A stretch of 63,110 nucleotides of DNA, the filler included, from Pirum gemmata (lineage: Eukaryota), in NCBI GenBank assembly GCA_002812295.1. It is 17 parts of 17 records of this genome, joined end to end, with 100 filler letters (N's around TTAATTAATTAA, not from the genome) between each part and the next. Parts side by side here need not be neighbours in the genome. Positions count along the whole stretch, not along the records: positions 59,053 to 63,110 come from PDIN01002784.1; 16 more parts are not named here. One strand, given 5' to 3'. The position numbers were made by a program, and so were the translations under genes. The number at the start of each line of letters is the position of its first letter. Within the stretch, counting starts at the first letter, position 1. The notes beneath the pieces were generated by a model. That model ran no database searches. It saw nothing but the letters and a program-made list of their open reading frames with translations, and had not been told where the DNA came from. This document shows positions 60,915 through 63,110 of this stretch, piece by piece.

Positions 60915-61094
60915 CTACAATAAAATTGTGTTATGTAGTTATGTCATACTATTACTGGTTGAATTTTAAATTTTTTTTTTAAAAAAACACTAATGATAAG
61001 CGAAGGATGTTGCAAATTGCAATAGATGAAAATGACGTCACTGTTTGAGAGCATGAGTAGTAGTAGTAGTAGTAGTATTTTAATTAATAGCAGC

Positions 61095-61126
<32 letters not shown>

Positions 61127-62091
61127 AAGTAGTAGTAGTAGTATTTTAATTAATAGCAGTAGTAGTAGTAGTAGTAGAAGTAGTAGTAGTAGTAGAAGTA
61201 GTAGTAGTAGCAGAAGTAGTAGTAGTAGAAGTAGTAGTTGTAGTAGAAGTAGTAGTAGTAGTCTAGTAGTAGTAGTAGTATTTTGATAGTATCGATAGTA
61301 TGATAGAAGTAGTAGAAGTATAGTGCTTTTCAGTTGTTTTGTCATCATGAAATATACAATAAATAGTACCAAATAAATACAATATAAGTCCATTTGCTAT
61401 ATTTTGGTATATTTTATTATCTATTTATTGATTTAAAAATGACAATTTAAAGATTATAAATAAATGAAAAGCACGATAGTAGTAGTAGTAGTAGTAGTAG
61501 AAAATGACGTCAGTATTTTACCTCTAGGTTTCTCGTTTAAAATGCCTTAGATTGTAATAGTCTTTTATGTGGGTTTCGGTCAAATGTGAAATCGAGTGAT
61601 TTTTTTTAAAATATTACTCAAAATGACGTTACATTTTTTTTATTTTATAATTAAAATCTTTTCTTAAAATTCAATATAAGCCAGCCAAATAATTATTAAT
61701 AACTGGCTATTGGTTCATAATAGATATTTTAAGTTAGATAATTTCTCACATTTTGGTAGCACTTAAAATAAAATTGTATCATTTTGTGATTTTTTTGGAT
61801 TTTCGCCGTTAGAATCTATTAGAATATTAGAATCCGGTAATAGCAGATAATAATAATAATTTTTTAATAATAATAGTAAGATTTATAATAAATCACAAGG
61901 ACTTCAAAAAAAGGTTCTTTTTTTGATAATAGCAGTAGAGTAGATACCGTAGTATGACAGCAAGGCTTCTTTTTTTGGTATTGTCACATGCAGATCATTA
62001 CAGTTTTAGCTATCATACTAGCTAGCTAGCTAGTAGCTAGCCACAGTAGCTACTCCTAGCTACTGTATCATATCGTGTTTTTCAATCAATN

Positions 62092-62127
<36 letters not shown>

Positions 62128-62306
62128 AATCAAAATAATTATAAAAAAATAATTATGTTATTCCTTTTCTCAGGACCTGAAAAAATAAAATAAGAATAAA
62201 TATAATATCATACAGCTAAAAAAGAGAGGCAGGATTATGATCAACAACGCACTCTACATTATATAGTATTTTTAATTAATTGTCTTTTTTCGTAATATAT
62301 TATTAG

Positions 62307-62615
62307 ACAACAACAAACAACAAACAACAAACAACAAACAACAAACAACAAACAACAAACAACAAACAACAAACAACAAACAACAAACAACAAACAACAA
62401 ACAACAAACAACAAANNNNNNNNNNNNNNNNNNNNNNNNNNNNNNNNNNNNNNNNNNNNNNNNNNNNNNNNNNNNNNNNNNNNNACAACAAACAACAAAC
62501 AACAAACAACAAACAACAAACAACAAACAACAAACAACAAACAACAACCAACAACCAACAACCAGCAACCAACAACCAACAACCAACAACCAACAACATT
62601 CGAACAACAAACAAT
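62307..62615. repeat. (ACAACAA/ACAACCA)n heptamer array spanning a gap
   Basis: Tandem 7-mers, followed by (TGTTTTGTA)n. Confidence 0.9.
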
Positions 62616-62867
62616 GTATGCAATTGTTTTGTATGTTTTGTATGTTTTGTATGTTTTGTATGTTTTGTATGTTTTGTTTTGTTCAATTATGTTTTGGTTG
62701 CAATTGGTTTCGATTGGTTGATCATAATTATGTTGTTGTTGTTGTTATTGTTATTGTTGTCGTCGTTTTTGTTATTGTTATTGTTGGTTATTGGTTGATG
62801 TTACTATTGCTATTGTTATTGTAATTGTTATTGCTATTAATATTGTTATTGTAATGGTATAGTTATA

Positions 62868-63110
62868 GTTATAGTTATGGTTATGGTTATGGTTATGGTT
62901 ATGGTTATGGTTATGGTTATGGTTATGGTTATGGTTATGGTTATGATAATTGGTAATGATTATGATTATGATTATGATTATGAATAAGATTATGATTATG
63001 ATTATGGTTATGATAATGATTATGGTTGTGGTCATGGTTATAGTCATGGTCATGGTTATGGTTATGTTTATGGGTTAGGGTTAAGGTTAGGGTTAGGGTT
63101 AGGGTTAGGG
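62868..63110 (+). repeat. (GGTTAT/GATTAT)n grading into (GGTTAG)n at the window end
   Basis: Hexamer runs. Confidence 0.85.

Overview
AT-rich eukaryotic DNA with standard code, GT-AG introns and TTAGGG repeats. It is not one locus. Sixteen 100-bp artificial linkers (N44-TTAATTAATTAA-N44) join 17 small scaffolds, most about 3.3 kb, so gene order across linkers means nothing. Recognisable genes: 10 exons of C1-tetrahydrofolate synthase (MTHFD1/ADE3 type), a Trm11 first exon head-to-head with an ARMC6-like first exon, a Slingshot phosphatase whose upstream exon is mis-placed at the other end of its scaffold, and the last exon of an AK3-type adenylate kinase. Four intronless secreted or surface proteins are also present: an 18-Cys repeat protein, a signal peptide + C2 + GPI-like protein, a lactonase-like beta-propeller and an Agd3-like CE18 deacetylase. 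The rest is dead piggyBac and Ty3/gypsy fragments, about ten MITE families, microsatellites, satellites and many interstitial telomeric arrays. Slingshot architecture suggests a holozoan, possibly a walled unicellular one (inference). Most unusual signals: (1) introns filled with sense-strand (CCCTAA)n, i.e. multimerised CTAAC branch-point motifs, next to the 3' splice site; (2) widespread TA-(1-3 nt)-TA strings that read like stacked transposon excision footprints; (3) an Agd3-like enzyme and an extracellular C2 protein in this lineage. All calls are by eye, with no database searches.
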